64,000 bases of DNA from Candidatus Eiseniibacteriota bacterium (GTDB lineage: Bacteria > Eisenbacteria > RBG-16-71-46 > JABDJR01), in contig CAWANH010000028.1 of the NCBI GenBank assembly GCA_963783375.1, positions 512,001 to 576,000 on the forward strand. The letters run 5' to 3'. Positions 1 to 11,423 of this stretch are shown here, in pieces. Both the position numbers and the translations under genes were made by a program. The notes beneath the pieces are model-generated. The model saw only the letters and a program-made list of their open reading frames with translations. It made no database searches and was not told the DNA's origin. How positions within the stretch are numbered: position 1 is the stretch's first letter; each line of letters starts with the position of its first letter.

Positions 1-59
1 GCCCCCCACACCAGGGCGACGGCCAGGCTCATGATGACGATGCCGTACCGCTTCTTCAT
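1..59 (-). CDS. N-terminus of a secreted or lipoprotein CDS running off the left edge (partial)
   Basis: Reverse strand reads ATG AAG AAG CGG TAC.. = MKKRYGIVIMSLAVALVWG (basic n-region plus hydrophobic h-region). A GGGAGG RBS lies upstream, and it follows the NHL gene directly. Confidence 0.7.
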   Translation of the reverse strand, partial: MKKRYGIVIMSLAVALVWG

Positions 60-72
60 GTCGTCCTCCCGG

Positions 73-1284
73 TCAAAGGGTTACCCGGCGAATCCGGTGG
101 TTGTAGGTATCCGCGATGTAGAGCCGGCCGTCGGGGCCGAAGGAAACGCCGGCGGGACGATTGAGCTGGGCCGAGGTGGCCGGACCGCCGTCTCCGCTGA
201 AGCCCTCCTCCCCGGTGCCCGCCACCGTGGTGATGATGCCGGTGGTGAGATCGATGGCCCGAACGCAGTGGTTCAGTTCGTCGGCCACGTAGAGCCGCTG
301 ATCGGGACCGAAGCAGAGATCGCGGGGGTTGTAGAGCGAAGCCCGGACGGCCGGGCCGCCGTCCCCGGCGAGCCGCCCCTGGCCGTCCCCGGCGATGGTC
401 TCGATCGTGTTGGCGGTGAAGTCGATCCGCCGGATCCGGTTGTTCTGGGTGTCCGAGAGGTAGAGCCGTCCCTGGTTGTCCAGCACCAGCCCTCCGGCGG
501 GAGACGGGTTCGACCCGTCGGGGAACGCGAACTGGGCCAGGAGCGGATCCCCTCCGTCTCCGCTGAACCCCTTGACCCCGGTCCCGGCCACGGTGTGGAT
601 GATTCCCTGGGGATCGATCTTCCGGATTCGCTCGTTTCGCTGATCCCAGATGTAGATGCTCCCGTCGACGTCCTCGGCCACCGAGGCCGGCTGGTTCAGC
701 CGGGCCGCGTCGGCCGGCCCCCCGTCGCCGGCGAAGCCCGCCCCCCGGCCGCAGGTGACCAGCACCATGCCGGTGGCCGGGTTGTAGTGGCGGAGCTTGT
801 GGTTGTGCCACGCGGCGAGGAGCATGGTGCCGTCGTGGAGGGAGATGATATCGGTGGGGTGGTTCAGGTTGATGGTCGTCCCGGGAGCGCCGGGGGCCAC
901 CAGGTCCTCCTGGTTGGGCGGACCGTCCCCCACGTACCCGGTTCCGATCACGGTCAGGAACTTCCCGTCCGCGGTAACCTTCCGGATCGCGTGGTTGTTC
1001 CAGTCCACCACGTAGGTGTCTCCGGACGGGGTGAAGGTGACGTCCACCGGCCAGTACATGTCGCTGTCCAGGAGGGCGCGGCCGTCGCCGTTGAATCCGG
1101 CGAAACCGGTGCCGGCCCAGGTGCAGATGACGCCGGGACCGTCCTTGCACGCGGTGTCCTTGGGCTGGGTGCTGCCGTTGCAGCCGAAGACCAGGGGCAG
1201 GGCGGTGAGAGAGAGACAGAGAATTCCCAAAGGCGAAAGGAGCCGCCGCCGGGAACGAGCGCGCTGAGGGGTGCGGTCGTTCAT
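73..1284 (-). CDS. NHL-repeat beta-propeller lipoprotein
   Basis: Repeated AGTG..GFSGDGGPA..A.LN.P..V...DG.LYIAD..N.RIR units; signal peptide with lipobox LVFGC. Start moved to MNDRT (GAGAGG RBS). Confidence 0.85.
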   Translation of the reverse strand: MNDRTPQRARSRRRLLSPLGILCLSLTALPLVFGCNGSTQPKDTACKDGPGVICTWAGTGFAGFNGDGRALLDSDMYWPVDVTFTPSGDTYVVDWNNHAIRKVTADGKFLTVIGTGYVGDGPPNQEDLVAPGAPGTTINLNHPTDIISLHDGTMLLAAWHNHKLRHYNPATGMVLVTCGRGAGFAGDGGPADAARLNQPASVAEDVDGSIYIWDQRNERIRKIDPQGIIHTVAGTGVKGFSGDGGDPLLAQFAFPDGSNPSPAGGLVLDNQGRLYLSDTQNNRIRRIDFTANTIETIAGDGQGRLAGDGGPAVRASLYNPRDLCFGPDQRLYVADELNHCVRAIDLTTGIITTVAGTGEEGFSGDGGPATSAQLNRPAGVSFGPDGRLYIADTYNHRIRRVTL

Positions 1285-1437
1285 GTTGAACCTCTCACTG
1301 GGGAGGAAAGGACAAGGTTGGGACAGGGAAACCAAACAATTATAGTCCTCCATGAGGCTTCATGCAAGCGGACCGAATGCGTCGGAATTTTGCTAGACTG
1401 ATACGGTTGTTCCCTGATCTCAGACAGGAGCTTGCCC

Positions 1438-2593
1438 ATGCACCGCCTTCCCCACCCCAACCGCCTCCTGCCCGTCGCAGCGATCGCGACTTCTCACCGC
1501 CGCCACCGCGTTTCTCATCTCCTGCGGAGGCGGGTCCTCCCCCACCGGTCCCTCGAACCGGTGCGGGGAGCCCGGCATCATCTGCACGGTCATGGGAATG
1601 AGCCGGGCCGCCTACATCGGCGAGGGGGAAACGCCCGACAAGGTCGCCCTCTACTACCCGATCGATCTTGCCTTCGACCAGGAAAACCGGCTTCTGGTAT
1701 TGGACTGGAACAACCTGCGGATTCGGCGCCTCGATCACGACGGGCGGGTGCGCACCATCATGGGAACGGGGTGGGAGGCCACGCCGGTCCCCGGCCAGCC
1801 CGCGTCCCAGACCCCCCTCCACCACACCTTCTCCATGTGTTTCGACTCCCACTGGATGCTCTACATGGCCGGCTTCCACGTGCCCATGATCGTGACCCTG
1901 GACGACAGCCTGAAGGTCGGGATCCTCGCGGGGGTGGACAGCGTGGGGTTCGGCGGGGACGGCGGACCGGCGTCCCGGGCCCTCATGAACAACCCCTGCG
2001 GGGTGGCGGTGGATCCGTCGGGATACCCGGTCTGGATAGCCGACACCTACAACAACCGGATCCGGCGGATCGACGCGGACGGAACGATCCGCACCGTGGC
2101 CGGCACCGGGGCGCGGGGATACGCGGGCGACGACGGCCCGGGAACCGCGTGCGAGTTCAACCACCCCTACCGGGTCCGCCTCGACACCGCCACCGGCGAT
2201 CTCTACATCTGCGACACCGAGAACAGCGCGATCCGGAGGCTGGACCCCCAGGGAATTGTCCACGCGGTGGCCGGCACCGGCGTGGCGGGCTATTCCGGCG
2301 ACGGCGGCCCCGCCGTCCAGGCCCGGCTCGACAACCCGCTCGACGCCAGGGTCGGTCCCGACGGTCTCCTGTACATCGTGGACAGCGCCAACAACTGCAT
2401 CCGGCGGGTGGACGCCCAGGGGAACATTCACACCGTGGTGGGAACCGGAGAGGCCGGAAACTCCGGGGACGGCGGCCCGGCGGAGAAGGCCCGGCTCAAG
2501 AACCCCTCCTGCGTCATCTGGGACAAGGACGGGAACCTGTGGCTAACCGACATGTTCAACTGTAATGTCCGGGAAGTCACCGCCTGGGACTAG
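1438..2593 (+). CDS. NHL-repeat beta-propeller lipoprotein (apparent +1 frameshift near 1489-1492)
   Basis: ATG at 1438 after AGGAG gives MHRLPHPNRLLPVAAIA; the next frame continues LLTAATAFLISCGG..CGEPGIICTVMG into NHL repeats (ORF 1592-2593). That frame has no start of its own upstream (TGA at 1415). Confidence 0.75.
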
Positions 2594-2631
2594 CCCGTCC
2601 CCGCGGCCGTCTTGCAAAGGGGAGGTGTTTC

Positions 2632-3141
2632 TTGTCGAATTCCCGCGTCAAACATGCCGATCGGTTCCGCCCGCTGCCGGTCCTGATCGCGGCGGTCTCG
2701 GGGGCGGCGCTCCTGACCTACGTGGCCGCCTGCGGCGGCGGCTCCACCACCAAACCCCCTCCCCCCGCGGATTGCTCCAGCGTGGCCGACACCACCCAAC
2801 CCGCCACCGTGAGCTACGCGAACGACATCGTGCCGCTCTTCGCCGAACTCTCCAACGGCGGATACGGATGCGCCGACGCCGGCTGCCACGGCGGGGCCTT
2901 CCTGAGCTCCAACTACAGCGTGGCGTCGCGGGATGACGTTCTGATCCCGGGGGACGAGGCGGTGAACCGCAGGCTCTGCGTGGTCAAGCCCGGCGCCCCC
3001 GAGGACAGCTACCTCGTCATGAAACTCGAAGGCCGGCTGGGAATCGACGGGGTGCAGATGCCCAACGGCCAGAACCCGATGACCGCCGAGGATCTCCAGA
3101 AGGTGAAGACCTGGATCCTGGAGGGGGCACGGGACAACTGA
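2632..3141 (+). CDS. Lipoprotein with cytochrome c-like domain (CX4CH motif)
   Basis: Lipobox VAAC; motifs CADAGCHGG, V.PG.PEDSYLVMKL, QMP (possible Met axial ligand) and WILEGA resemble planctomycete-type cytochrome c domains. Confidence 0.65.
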   Translation: MSNSRVKHADRFRPLPVLIAAVSGAALLTYVAACGGGSTTKPPPPADCSSVADTTQPATVSYANDIVPLFAELSNGGYGCADAGCHGGAFLSSNYSVASRDDVLIPGDEAVNRRLCVVKPGAPEDSYLVMKLEGRLGIDGVQMPNGQNPMTAEDLQKVKTWILEGARDN

Positions 3142-3167
3142 CCGCGCCGACCGGAGGAGACCGCTCC

Positions 3168-4094
3168 ATGCTGCGCATTCGCTTGCTTCAGTTTGTCCTC
3201 TGCACGTTGGCGGTCGTTGCCGCCGGGTCCCACGCAACCCCGGCCCGCGCCGCCGACGGCGTCCCCGCCCTGGATCACGTGATCGTGATCATCATGGAAA
3301 ACCACTCCTACGACGAGGTGCGGACCCAGACCTACACCGCAAGCCTGATCCAGAACGGCACCTCGTTCTCCGATTCCCACGGGGTCACCCACCCCTCGCA
3401 GCCCAACTACCTGGCTCTGTGGTCGGGATCGACCCAGGGAGTGACCGGGGACCAGTGCCCGGCGCCGGGTCAACCCTTCTCGGGTGAGAACCTCGGGCAT
3501 GCCTGCGAGGCGGCCGGGCTCACCTGGAAGGCCTATTCCGAAGACCTCCCCTCGGCGGGCTCCACCGACTGCACCGCGAACTCGAGCCTCTACACCCGGA
3601 AGCACGATCCCTGGACCGATTTCACCAACGTCGACCACACGAACGAGGTCCCGTTCTCCCAGCTGGCCGCGGATGAGGCGGGTGGCACGCTTCCCGATCT
3701 CGCCTTCGTCATCCCCAACAACTGCGACAACTCCCACAACTCGGGATGCTCGGTGGCCGAGGGCGACACCTGGCTCTCCCGGAACGTGCCGGCCATGCTG
3801 GATGCGGTGGGAGCCAGGGGAATGGTCGTCCTTACCTGGGACGAGGACGACTTCACCGCCTCCAACCACATTCTCACCGTGTTCCAGGGGGTGCTGGTGA
3901 AGGGCGGCGCCAACGTCTCCACACGCCACGTCACCCACTACACCGTGCTGAGGACGATCTGCGACGTGCTGGGCCTTCAGCCGTTCGGCGCCGCCGCCCT
4001 CGAGTCCCCTCTGACGGACATCTGGAACGATTCGACCGGCGTTCCGACCGAGCGCGCGAGCTGGGGAAGAATCAAGGCTCGCTACGGGGACTAG
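3168..4094 (+). CDS. Secreted phosphoesterase / acid phosphatase family protein with SWGRIKARYG C-terminal tail
   Basis: Signal peptide; motifs DHVIVIIMENHSYD, HPSQPNYLAL, YTRKHDPW, TWDED, HYTVLRTI; GGAGGAG RBS. Confidence 0.85.
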   Translation: MLRIRLLQFVLCTLAVVAAGSHATPARAADGVPALDHVIVIIMENHSYDEVRTQTYTASLIQNGTSFSDSHGVTHPSQPNYLALWSGSTQGVTGDQCPAPGQPFSGENLGHACEAAGLTWKAYSEDLPSAGSTDCTANSSLYTRKHDPWTDFTNVDHTNEVPFSQLAADEAGGTLPDLAFVIPNNCDNSHNSGCSVAEGDTWLSRNVPAMLDAVGARGMVVLTWDEDDFTASNHILTVFQGVLVKGGANVSTRHVTHYTVLRTICDVLGLQPFGAAALESPLTDIWNDSTGVPTERASWGRIKARYGD

Positions 4095-4161
4095 CCCGAC
4101 TCTTCACGGTCCAGCGTCACGAGGGGGCCCGGGAGCAACCTCTGCTCGCCGACGGTCCGGG

Positions 4162-4680
4162 CTATGACTTCCGCGTGTAGCGGATGACCCAGACGTCCTT
4201 CCAGGTCTTCCCCCCGTCCACCGAGCGCTGCCAGTTCCAGTCGAAGGCGTCGTGGGTGATGTTCTGCCACACCATCCGCTGGATGTAGGTCTTGCCCTCG
4301 TGTTCGGCTTCCCGGGTGAACATCATCTTCCCGTCCTTGAAGCCCCCGGTGAAGTCCAGGTAGCCGCCCTCGTTGTCCACCCAGGTCTGCCGCCAGACCC
4401 CCTGCTTCGGGTCGTAGGTGGATACGCTCTTTCCCACCAGCCCGTTTCCCTCGGGGCCCGAGGCGTCGAAGTTCTCCTCGATCACGCAACCGCCGAGGGT
4501 TTTCCGGATGGTGTTGGTGCCCTTCCCACCTTCCCAGACGGCGTTCCACTCCCCCACCCAGAAGTCGAACTGGGCGAACTCGGGGGCGGAGCATGGGGGC
4601 GGGGCCTCTTTCTCCTGGGCAGAGGCCACGCCGGGAGCGAGGGCGAGAACGATGGCGAACAGGGTGAGCGGACGCTTCAT
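4162..4680 (-). CDS. Secreted DUF1579-like protein
   Basis: Signal peptide (ASA-Q); QFDFWVGEW, WRQTWVDN and S.DGGKTW patterns; AGGAGG RBS. Confidence 0.7.
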   Translation of the reverse strand: MKRPLTLFAIVLALAPGVASAQEKEAPPPCSAPEFAQFDFWVGEWNAVWEGGKGTNTIRKTLGGCVIEENFDASGPEGNGLVGKSVSTYDPKQGVWRQTWVDNEGGYLDFTGGFKDGKMMFTREAEHEGKTYIQRMVWQNITHDAFDWNWQRSVDGGKTWKDVWVIRYTRKS

Positions 4681-5025
4681 GACGGAGTCCTCCTGGTGGG
4701 CCGGCGGAATGCGTCTTCCGGCTCTGTTGGCGGACCGAGGGGTATGGGCTCGGGTACGGCCCGGGGCCGCGTGACGGCAAGGGGGGATGCGCCGATCCTA
4801 CCACGGCCGGGCGCCCGTCTGCATTCCGCGAGCCGGGGCCGCCCGCGCGACGGCGCCCCGGTCCGGTTTCGCCCCACCGGGCCCCCCGTCCATCCGGCGG
4901 CCGGCGGGTGGGGCGGGGGGAACCGGTTTGGTAGTCTCGGATCCATCAGCCCGGCCCGTCCGCGACCCGGCCCCCCGGCCGGCCCGGGCTTCATGGGCGG
5001 GAACCGCTCATCGAGGAGACCTACC

Positions 5026-6030
5026 ATGCCCAAGCATCGAGCCCCGAATGCCATATTGGTCCTGGGCGCCGTCCTGGTGATCCTCGGGATGGACGCCTGC
5101 GGCTCCCGGGAGCCGGCCGGTGATTCCGCCGCCCGCTCGGACCGGCCCCACCAGGAGCCGGCAGGAGCTTCGGTGACCAACCCGACCCGGGTCCTCTGGA
5201 CGGACGGGGTGAAAAACGCCTACCCCCGTTGGTCCCGGGACGGGACGCGGATCCTCTACCAGACGAACCGGGGCGGGACGTGGCAGATCCACGTCATGAA
5301 CCGGGACGGCACCGGCGACCGGCGCGTCACCGAAGACGCGTTCAACGACAATTACGTCGACTGGTCGCCGGACAACACGCGGATCGCCTTCGTCTCCGAC
5401 CGCACCGGGAACGAGGACGTGTTCGTGATGGACATGGACGGCGGAAATCTCAGGAATCTCACCCGCCACCCGGGACGCGACATCCATCCCTACTGGGCGC
5501 CCGACGGGAAGAGCGTGCTCTTCAATTCCGATCGCGACGGAGCGGACCAGTTCGACGTGTACCGGGTGAACGTCGACGGGTCGGGGCTCCGGCGGCTGAC
5601 CGCGACCGGGTCGACCGAGACCTGCGCGCGGCTCTCCCCGGATGAGAGCCGGGTCGTCCTCCTCCACGGGGCCATGAACGACGAGGTCTACGCCATGGAC
5701 GCCGACGGCGGGAACCCGGTCAACCTCACCCGGACCGCCGCCGCGGAAGGGTGGCCGGCTTGGTCTCCCGACGGGACCCGGATCGTCTACTCCTCGGACT
5801 CCCCCGGCACCATGAGCCTCTTCCTCATGAACGCCGACGGCTCGGGGAAGCGGCAGATCACCAGCCCCCTCCCCACCTTCCGGGACGGCCGGGCCATGAT
5901 CTCACCGGACGGGAAGGAGATCGTCTTCAACCGCGAGGACGACCGGACCATCGGGATCTACACCATGCCGCTCGGGGGAAGTCTCCCGCCCCTTCCGGGG
6001 GGAGAAGCGGGTGCGGAGACAGGGGGCTAG
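5026..6030 (+). CDS. TolB-like PD40-repeat beta-propeller lipoprotein
   Basis: Repeated P.WSPDG..I.F.SDR.G...(V/I)..M..DG units; lipobox MDAC; ATG at 5026 after GAGGAG. Confidence 0.85.
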   Translation: MPKHRAPNAILVLGAVLVILGMDACGSREPAGDSAARSDRPHQEPAGASVTNPTRVLWTDGVKNAYPRWSRDGTRILYQTNRGGTWQIHVMNRDGTGDRRVTEDAFNDNYVDWSPDNTRIAFVSDRTGNEDVFVMDMDGGNLRNLTRHPGRDIHPYWAPDGKSVLFNSDRDGADQFDVYRVNVDGSGLRRLTATGSTETCARLSPDESRVVLLHGAMNDEVYAMDADGGNPVNLTRTAAAEGWPAWSPDGTRIVYSSDSPGTMSLFLMNADGSGKRQITSPLPTFRDGRAMISPDGKEIVFNREDDRTIGIYTMPLGGSLPPLPGGEAGAETGG

Positions 6031-6073
6031 CCGGTCGAAGGAGCGGTGCTGACCGCGGGCGCGGCCGGCCCGC

Positions 6074-7604
<1,531 letters not shown>

Positions 7605-7609
7605 CAGGC

Positions 7610-8299
7610 TCACTTCTCCTTGGTAGGAGCCGGGCTGTAGCCCTTCAAGGTGAAGTAGTAGTTTCCTCCCAGGCGGAGTTCCGCGAAGGAGGTGTTCTGA
7701 TTTCCCCACCTGTCGGGAAAGCGCGAGGCGTCCTCGGAGAAGATGGTGTGGTAGAGGAAATCCAGGTTGATGGACACCGCGTTCTCGAACAGGTACTCGG
7801 CGCCAACCTTCATGTAGAGTCCGGGGCTCGTCCAGGTGAGGCGCGCCTTGCCGCTGTCGGCGTACGCCCAGCTGCGGTAGGTGTCCTTCACCCCCAGGGA
7901 ATAGAGCCCGGCGCCCACGCCGACGTGGGGCCAGATGGGGCCCTCGCTGGGATTCCAGCGGTACTCGATCCCGAAGGTGGTGGGGATCACCGTGGCCAGG
8001 GTGTCGGTCGCCGAGGTCGCCCCCGGGTAGGCGTTCCACCCCCAACCGCTATCCAGCTCGCCGGCCAGATGACGGGTGAAGTTGTACTTGAAGACGGCCT
8101 GGCCGATGAAGCGGACCTTCCCGTTCCCGAAGTCATCCCCGGTCAGGAACTTCATGCCTCCGAGGCTTCCCCCCAGGCTTCCCCGACCCACGATGTCCGC
8201 GGCCTCGGTCACCGGCGCGAGGAGCGCGAGACCGACCAGCGCCGCCAGAAGGGCGGAAACCGGAACGCAAGGAACCGGCAGGTTGCCGAAGCGTTTCAT
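7610..8299 (-). CDS. Outer-membrane beta-barrel protein (small OmpW/OmpA-barrel-like)
   Basis: Signal peptide; alternating amphipathic strands (FGIEYRW, PHVGVGAGLY, KVGAEYLF, LRLGGNYYF); AGAGGAG RBS. Confidence 0.75.
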   Translation of the reverse strand: MKRFGNLPVPCVPVSALLAALVGLALLAPVTEAADIVGRGSLGGSLGGMKFLTGDDFGNGKVRFIGQAVFKYNFTRHLAGELDSGWGWNAYPGATSATDTLATVIPTTFGIEYRWNPSEGPIWPHVGVGAGLYSLGVKDTYRSWAYADSGKARLTWTSPGLYMKVGAEYLFENAVSINLDFLYHTIFSEDASRFPDRWGNQNTSFAELRLGGNYYFTLKGYSPAPTKEK

Positions 8300-8381
8300 A
8301 ACGCGAATTGACTCCTCTTTGGGGATCGTGAGCAAGCGGGCTCTCGGCGTTCGGGGATGCCTCTCGGGTTTGGAGCCGCCG

Positions 8382-8410
8382 AGTATAGGGAGGGGTCCAG
8401 GGGGTGTCAA
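8382..8410 (-). promoter_or_regulatory. sigma70-type promoter for the OMP gene
   Basis: Minus strand TTGACA-17 bp-TATACT. Confidence 0.75.
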
Positions 8411-8421
8411 GGAAGCCGGCC

Positions 8422-8451
8422 TTGACAGGCCACGAGGCTGTTTTCTAGACT
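8422..8451 (+). promoter_or_regulatory. sigma70-type promoter for the tRNA
   Basis: TTGACA-18 bp-TAGACT, back to back with the divergent promoter. Confidence 0.65.
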
Positions 8452-8535
8452 CTTCTGCCCTGTCCGCCCCGGGGTATCCGGGGCGGTTGCGTGTTTTCGG
8501 GCGCCGGTCCACGGATCGGGGCCCGCGGTCCTGGG

Positions 8536-8612
8536 GGCGGCTTAGCTCAGCTGGTTAGAGCAGCGGAATCATAATCCGCGTGTCCGGGGTTCAAGTCCCT
8601 GAGCCGCCACCA
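8536..8612 (+). tRNA. tRNA-Met (CAT), probably elongator
   Basis: Cloverleaf with acceptor GGCGGCT/AGCCGCC, D-arm AGCTCAGCTGGTTAGAGC, anticodon arm GCGGA-ATCATAA-TCCGC, T-loop GTTCAAGTC and encoded CCA. The G1-C72 pair argues against initiator; G2-C71/C3-G70 favour Met over Ile2. Confidence 0.93.
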
Positions 8613-8739
8613 TTCATCTTCTTGTCTTCTTGTCGATCGCCCACCGTCCGTGGTCCGTGTGCCCCCCGCGGGTGCCCGTCCGGGTCGACCGGCCCGGATC
8701 CGACCACCGACGAGCCCGGGCCTTTCCCCGGATAAGGCG

Positions 8740-10092
8740 TCAGTTGCCGATCACCGATTTGAAGACGGCGACGGCGATCCTCAGGTCCACCGAGGCGCCC
8801 CAGAAGCCGCTCGACGTCCTCCACCGGTACCGGATGGGAAGATCCCCGGTCTTCCCCACGAACGTGTCCCCCTCGCGCACCGACCCGTCGAGTTCGGGGA
8901 CCCGCGCGTACTGCACCGCCCAGACCACGTCGAGCCCTCGCGCCAGCTCGGCGGTTACGCCGAACAGGTACTCCTTCCCGAGGTCCTTCACGCCGACGCC
9001 CAGGAAGGGGTTGAACCGATCCAGGAACTCCGGCTGTTCGTCGAGATCCCGCCCGTTCCAGAACCCATCCCGCCAGAACTGCCAGGTGTAGAAGACCACG
9101 GCCAGGTACGAGCGCGGCTCACCGTCGGGGGCGGCGTGGTTCATGACCGTTCCCGTATCGCCCGAGGCCCCGGATCGCGGGGCAACGTAGAAGTCGTTGA
9201 ACCGGATCGGTGACTGCCCCACGCCGAATCGAAACGCGGCCAGATAGTTGGGAGACACCCGGATCTTGTAGTCGCGAAGCTCGGCCTTGTCCCGGATGAT
9301 CTTGATCTCCAGGGAACCGGCGGAGAAGGGCCCATAGGTTCCCATGTTGTAGACATTGAGCGTATCCCCTGTCGCGCTCATGATCGCTCCGCTCGATTTG
9401 CCGACAATGGGGCCGGCCCCCGAGGCCAGAACCGGGTATCCCCCCGAAGCGAACTTCCCGGAAACGGTGATCGAATAGTCCCCGATCGATCCTTTATTGC
9501 CCTCGGTCAGCACGAGGTTCACCCGGATGCCGTCGTTGTCGTCCACGTCGGTCGGCATCTCGCCGATCGGCAACCCGTCCTCGTCGAAGACCAGGGTGAT
9601 CCGGTTTCGCCTGCGATCGTAAACGGTGCTGGCCGGGAGAGAGGACCCACCATCGAGCCACGGAAGCCGGCTTCTCCCCCCACCGCCCGGCGCCTCGTCG
9701 ACCGGGAGTTCCAGCGTCTCCGGCCTCAGACTCAACGTCCCGTTGGAGGCGACCAGCTTCAAGTCGACCTTTCCGGACAGAGGCTGGACCTTGCTGCCGG
9801 CGGGGAGGCGGAAGGTCGGGTGGGTCGAGGAGTCCACGCCGGCCAGCTCCACTCCCCCCAGCTCGAAGCGCCAGCCGGGCCGGTCCCCGTCGAGGTTTGC
9901 GACCCGGACCACGTAGGCCCGGCCGCGGCGGAAGGGGGTGGCGGCCCCATGGACCTCGAGCACCTCCTGGTCGCCCACCGATCGGAGATTGAGGGTATCC
10001 GCTTGGGCGGTTTCCTGCGCCTCCGCCCGGGCGCCCGGAGCACATCCAAGGAGCAGGACCAGAGCTGCGATGAACGCGCGCATGGAACTCAT
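8740..10092 (-). CDS. Hypothetical secreted protein, possible C-terminal beta-barrel
   Basis: AGGAGG RBS; signal peptide (..GARA-E); C-terminal alternating aromatic/hydrophobic strands. Confidence 0.65.
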   Translation of the reverse strand: MSSMRAFIAALVLLLGCAPGARAEAQETAQADTLNLRSVGDQEVLEVHGAATPFRRGRAYVVRVANLDGDRPGWRFELGGVELAGVDSSTHPTFRLPAGSKVQPLSGKVDLKLVASNGTLSLRPETLELPVDEAPGGGGRSRLPWLDGGSSLPASTVYDRRRNRITLVFDEDGLPIGEMPTDVDDNDGIRVNLVLTEGNKGSIGDYSITVSGKFASGGYPVLASGAGPIVGKSSGAIMSATGDTLNVYNMGTYGPFSAGSLEIKIIRDKAELRDYKIRVSPNYLAAFRFGVGQSPIRFNDFYVAPRSGASGDTGTVMNHAAPDGEPRSYLAVVFYTWQFWRDGFWNGRDLDEQPEFLDRFNPFLGVGVKDLGKEYLFGVTAELARGLDVVWAVQYARVPELDGSVREGDTFVGKTGDLPIRYRWRTSSGFWGASVDLRIAVAVFKSVIGN

Positions 10093-10145
10093 GTCGGCAC
10101 CTCCTGAGAGCGGCAATCACCAAACCCCGTCGTATCGCTTCAGCC

Positions 10146-11147
10146 TCACGTCGCCGGATCGGAAAGCCCCAGGGCCTTGGCCGTCTCGCCCAGATGCATG
10201 AAGAAGGACCGCGTCGCCGAGCTTCCCACGAGCATGCCGATGGGCCTCCGGCCGGCATCCACCAGGAGACCGCCGGAGTCACCGGGTGAGACCGGGATGT
10301 CGGTGGCGATCAGGCCGGCCATGTTCAGCCCTCCGGGCCAGTCCGGGTACCGCATGGGAAAGAAGGACGGGAACTCGTAGACGTGTCCGGTGGAGGGGGC
10401 GGGAGCGCCGGCCGCCAGCCGGACCGGCTCGCCCGCTTCACCCTGGAGATCCTGGATCCCGAGATAGCGCAAGGGGCCCATGCTGCCGATGTATCGGATG
10501 TACCGCGCCGCCTCGGCGGCGGGGTGCAGCCTCACCGTACCCACGTCGAACTGGCGGTCACGGCGTGCGTACCACACCCGGCCCATGGGATAGGCATGGC
10601 TTCCGGGAGGGTCGTCGGCCGTTCCGAGGATCCGCTCGGGATCGCTCGGAGCGTGGACGTACTCCTGGGCGATCCGTTTCGCCGGATACCCGGTGAGAGG
10701 ACGCATGAGAACGTGATAGGCGGCGCAGACGACCGTCTCTCCGATTTGGCCGTCCCGGGCCACCCATCCGACCGTTCCCCAATTCTCCGGATGATCACGA
10801 TTGAAGATCCTGTGGCCCGGAATGACCACCGGGGATACCGGCGGCCCGGACGTCGCCTCCGCGATGTTCCCGACCTCGTCCTCCACGATGTCCACGGGGA
10901 GCCACTCCGACCGCCCCTCCAGGACGATGCGCACCCGGTTCGGAATCCGAGCATGTCTCGGCAGGCGCCGCGGATCCTCGGCCTTCCGGCCCTTGCGGAC
11001 GTACACGACCAGGGCCGGCTCGTCGGTTCGGCGCCCGCCGCGAATCCTGAACCCGATCCCATACCCCAGGACGCCGACCTTCCCGAGCAGGTAGGACTTG
11101 TCCGGCACCGCTCCGGCAAGTTTTTGAAGAAATTCGGCGGAACTCAT
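10146..11147 (-). CDS. Trypsin-like (clan PA) serine protease with N-terminal prodomain-like region
   Basis: His motif VCAAYHVL, Asp in FDVG, catalytic PGDSGG, GTVG motif; no clear signal peptide; start uncertain. Confidence 0.75.
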   Translation of the reverse strand: MSSAEFLQKLAGAVPDKSYLLGKVGVLGYGIGFRIRGGRRTDEPALVVYVRKGRKAEDPRRLPRHARIPNRVRIVLEGRSEWLPVDIVEDEVGNIAEATSGPPVSPVVIPGHRIFNRDHPENWGTVGWVARDGQIGETVVCAAYHVLMRPLTGYPAKRIAQEYVHAPSDPERILGTADDPPGSHAYPMGRVWYARRDRQFDVGTVRLHPAAEAARYIRYIGSMGPLRYLGIQDLQGEAGEPVRLAAGAPAPSTGHVYEFPSFFPMRYPDWPGGLNMAGLIATDIPVSPGDSGGLLVDAGRRPIGMLVGSSATRSFFMHLGETAKALGLSDPAT

Positions 11148-11423
11148 GCTGGCATTCCCGGCGATCTCCACCCCGGGGCGGGGCGTGAGATTCGAGCCCG
11201 TGGCGAACGACTCGTGATCATCCAGGAGAACGGGAGCGGCCGGGGGAAAGACTCCGTTCCTCGTGCGGCGGCTGGTGTGGGGGGATTCTGTGCATTCCGC
11301 GCCGCAAATATGAAAGGAATATAGTACCGAAGTAATGGGGGCGCAACCGGCGAATCGCTCCGGAACCGGCGGCCATGTCACGAAGCCGGGCGAGCGGGTC
11401 CCATCGCGCCGGCGGGCCCCCCC

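Noticed and set aside
8590-11420. Integrative element at tRNA-Met
   Set aside because: No integrase and no duplicated tRNA 3' end found by eye.
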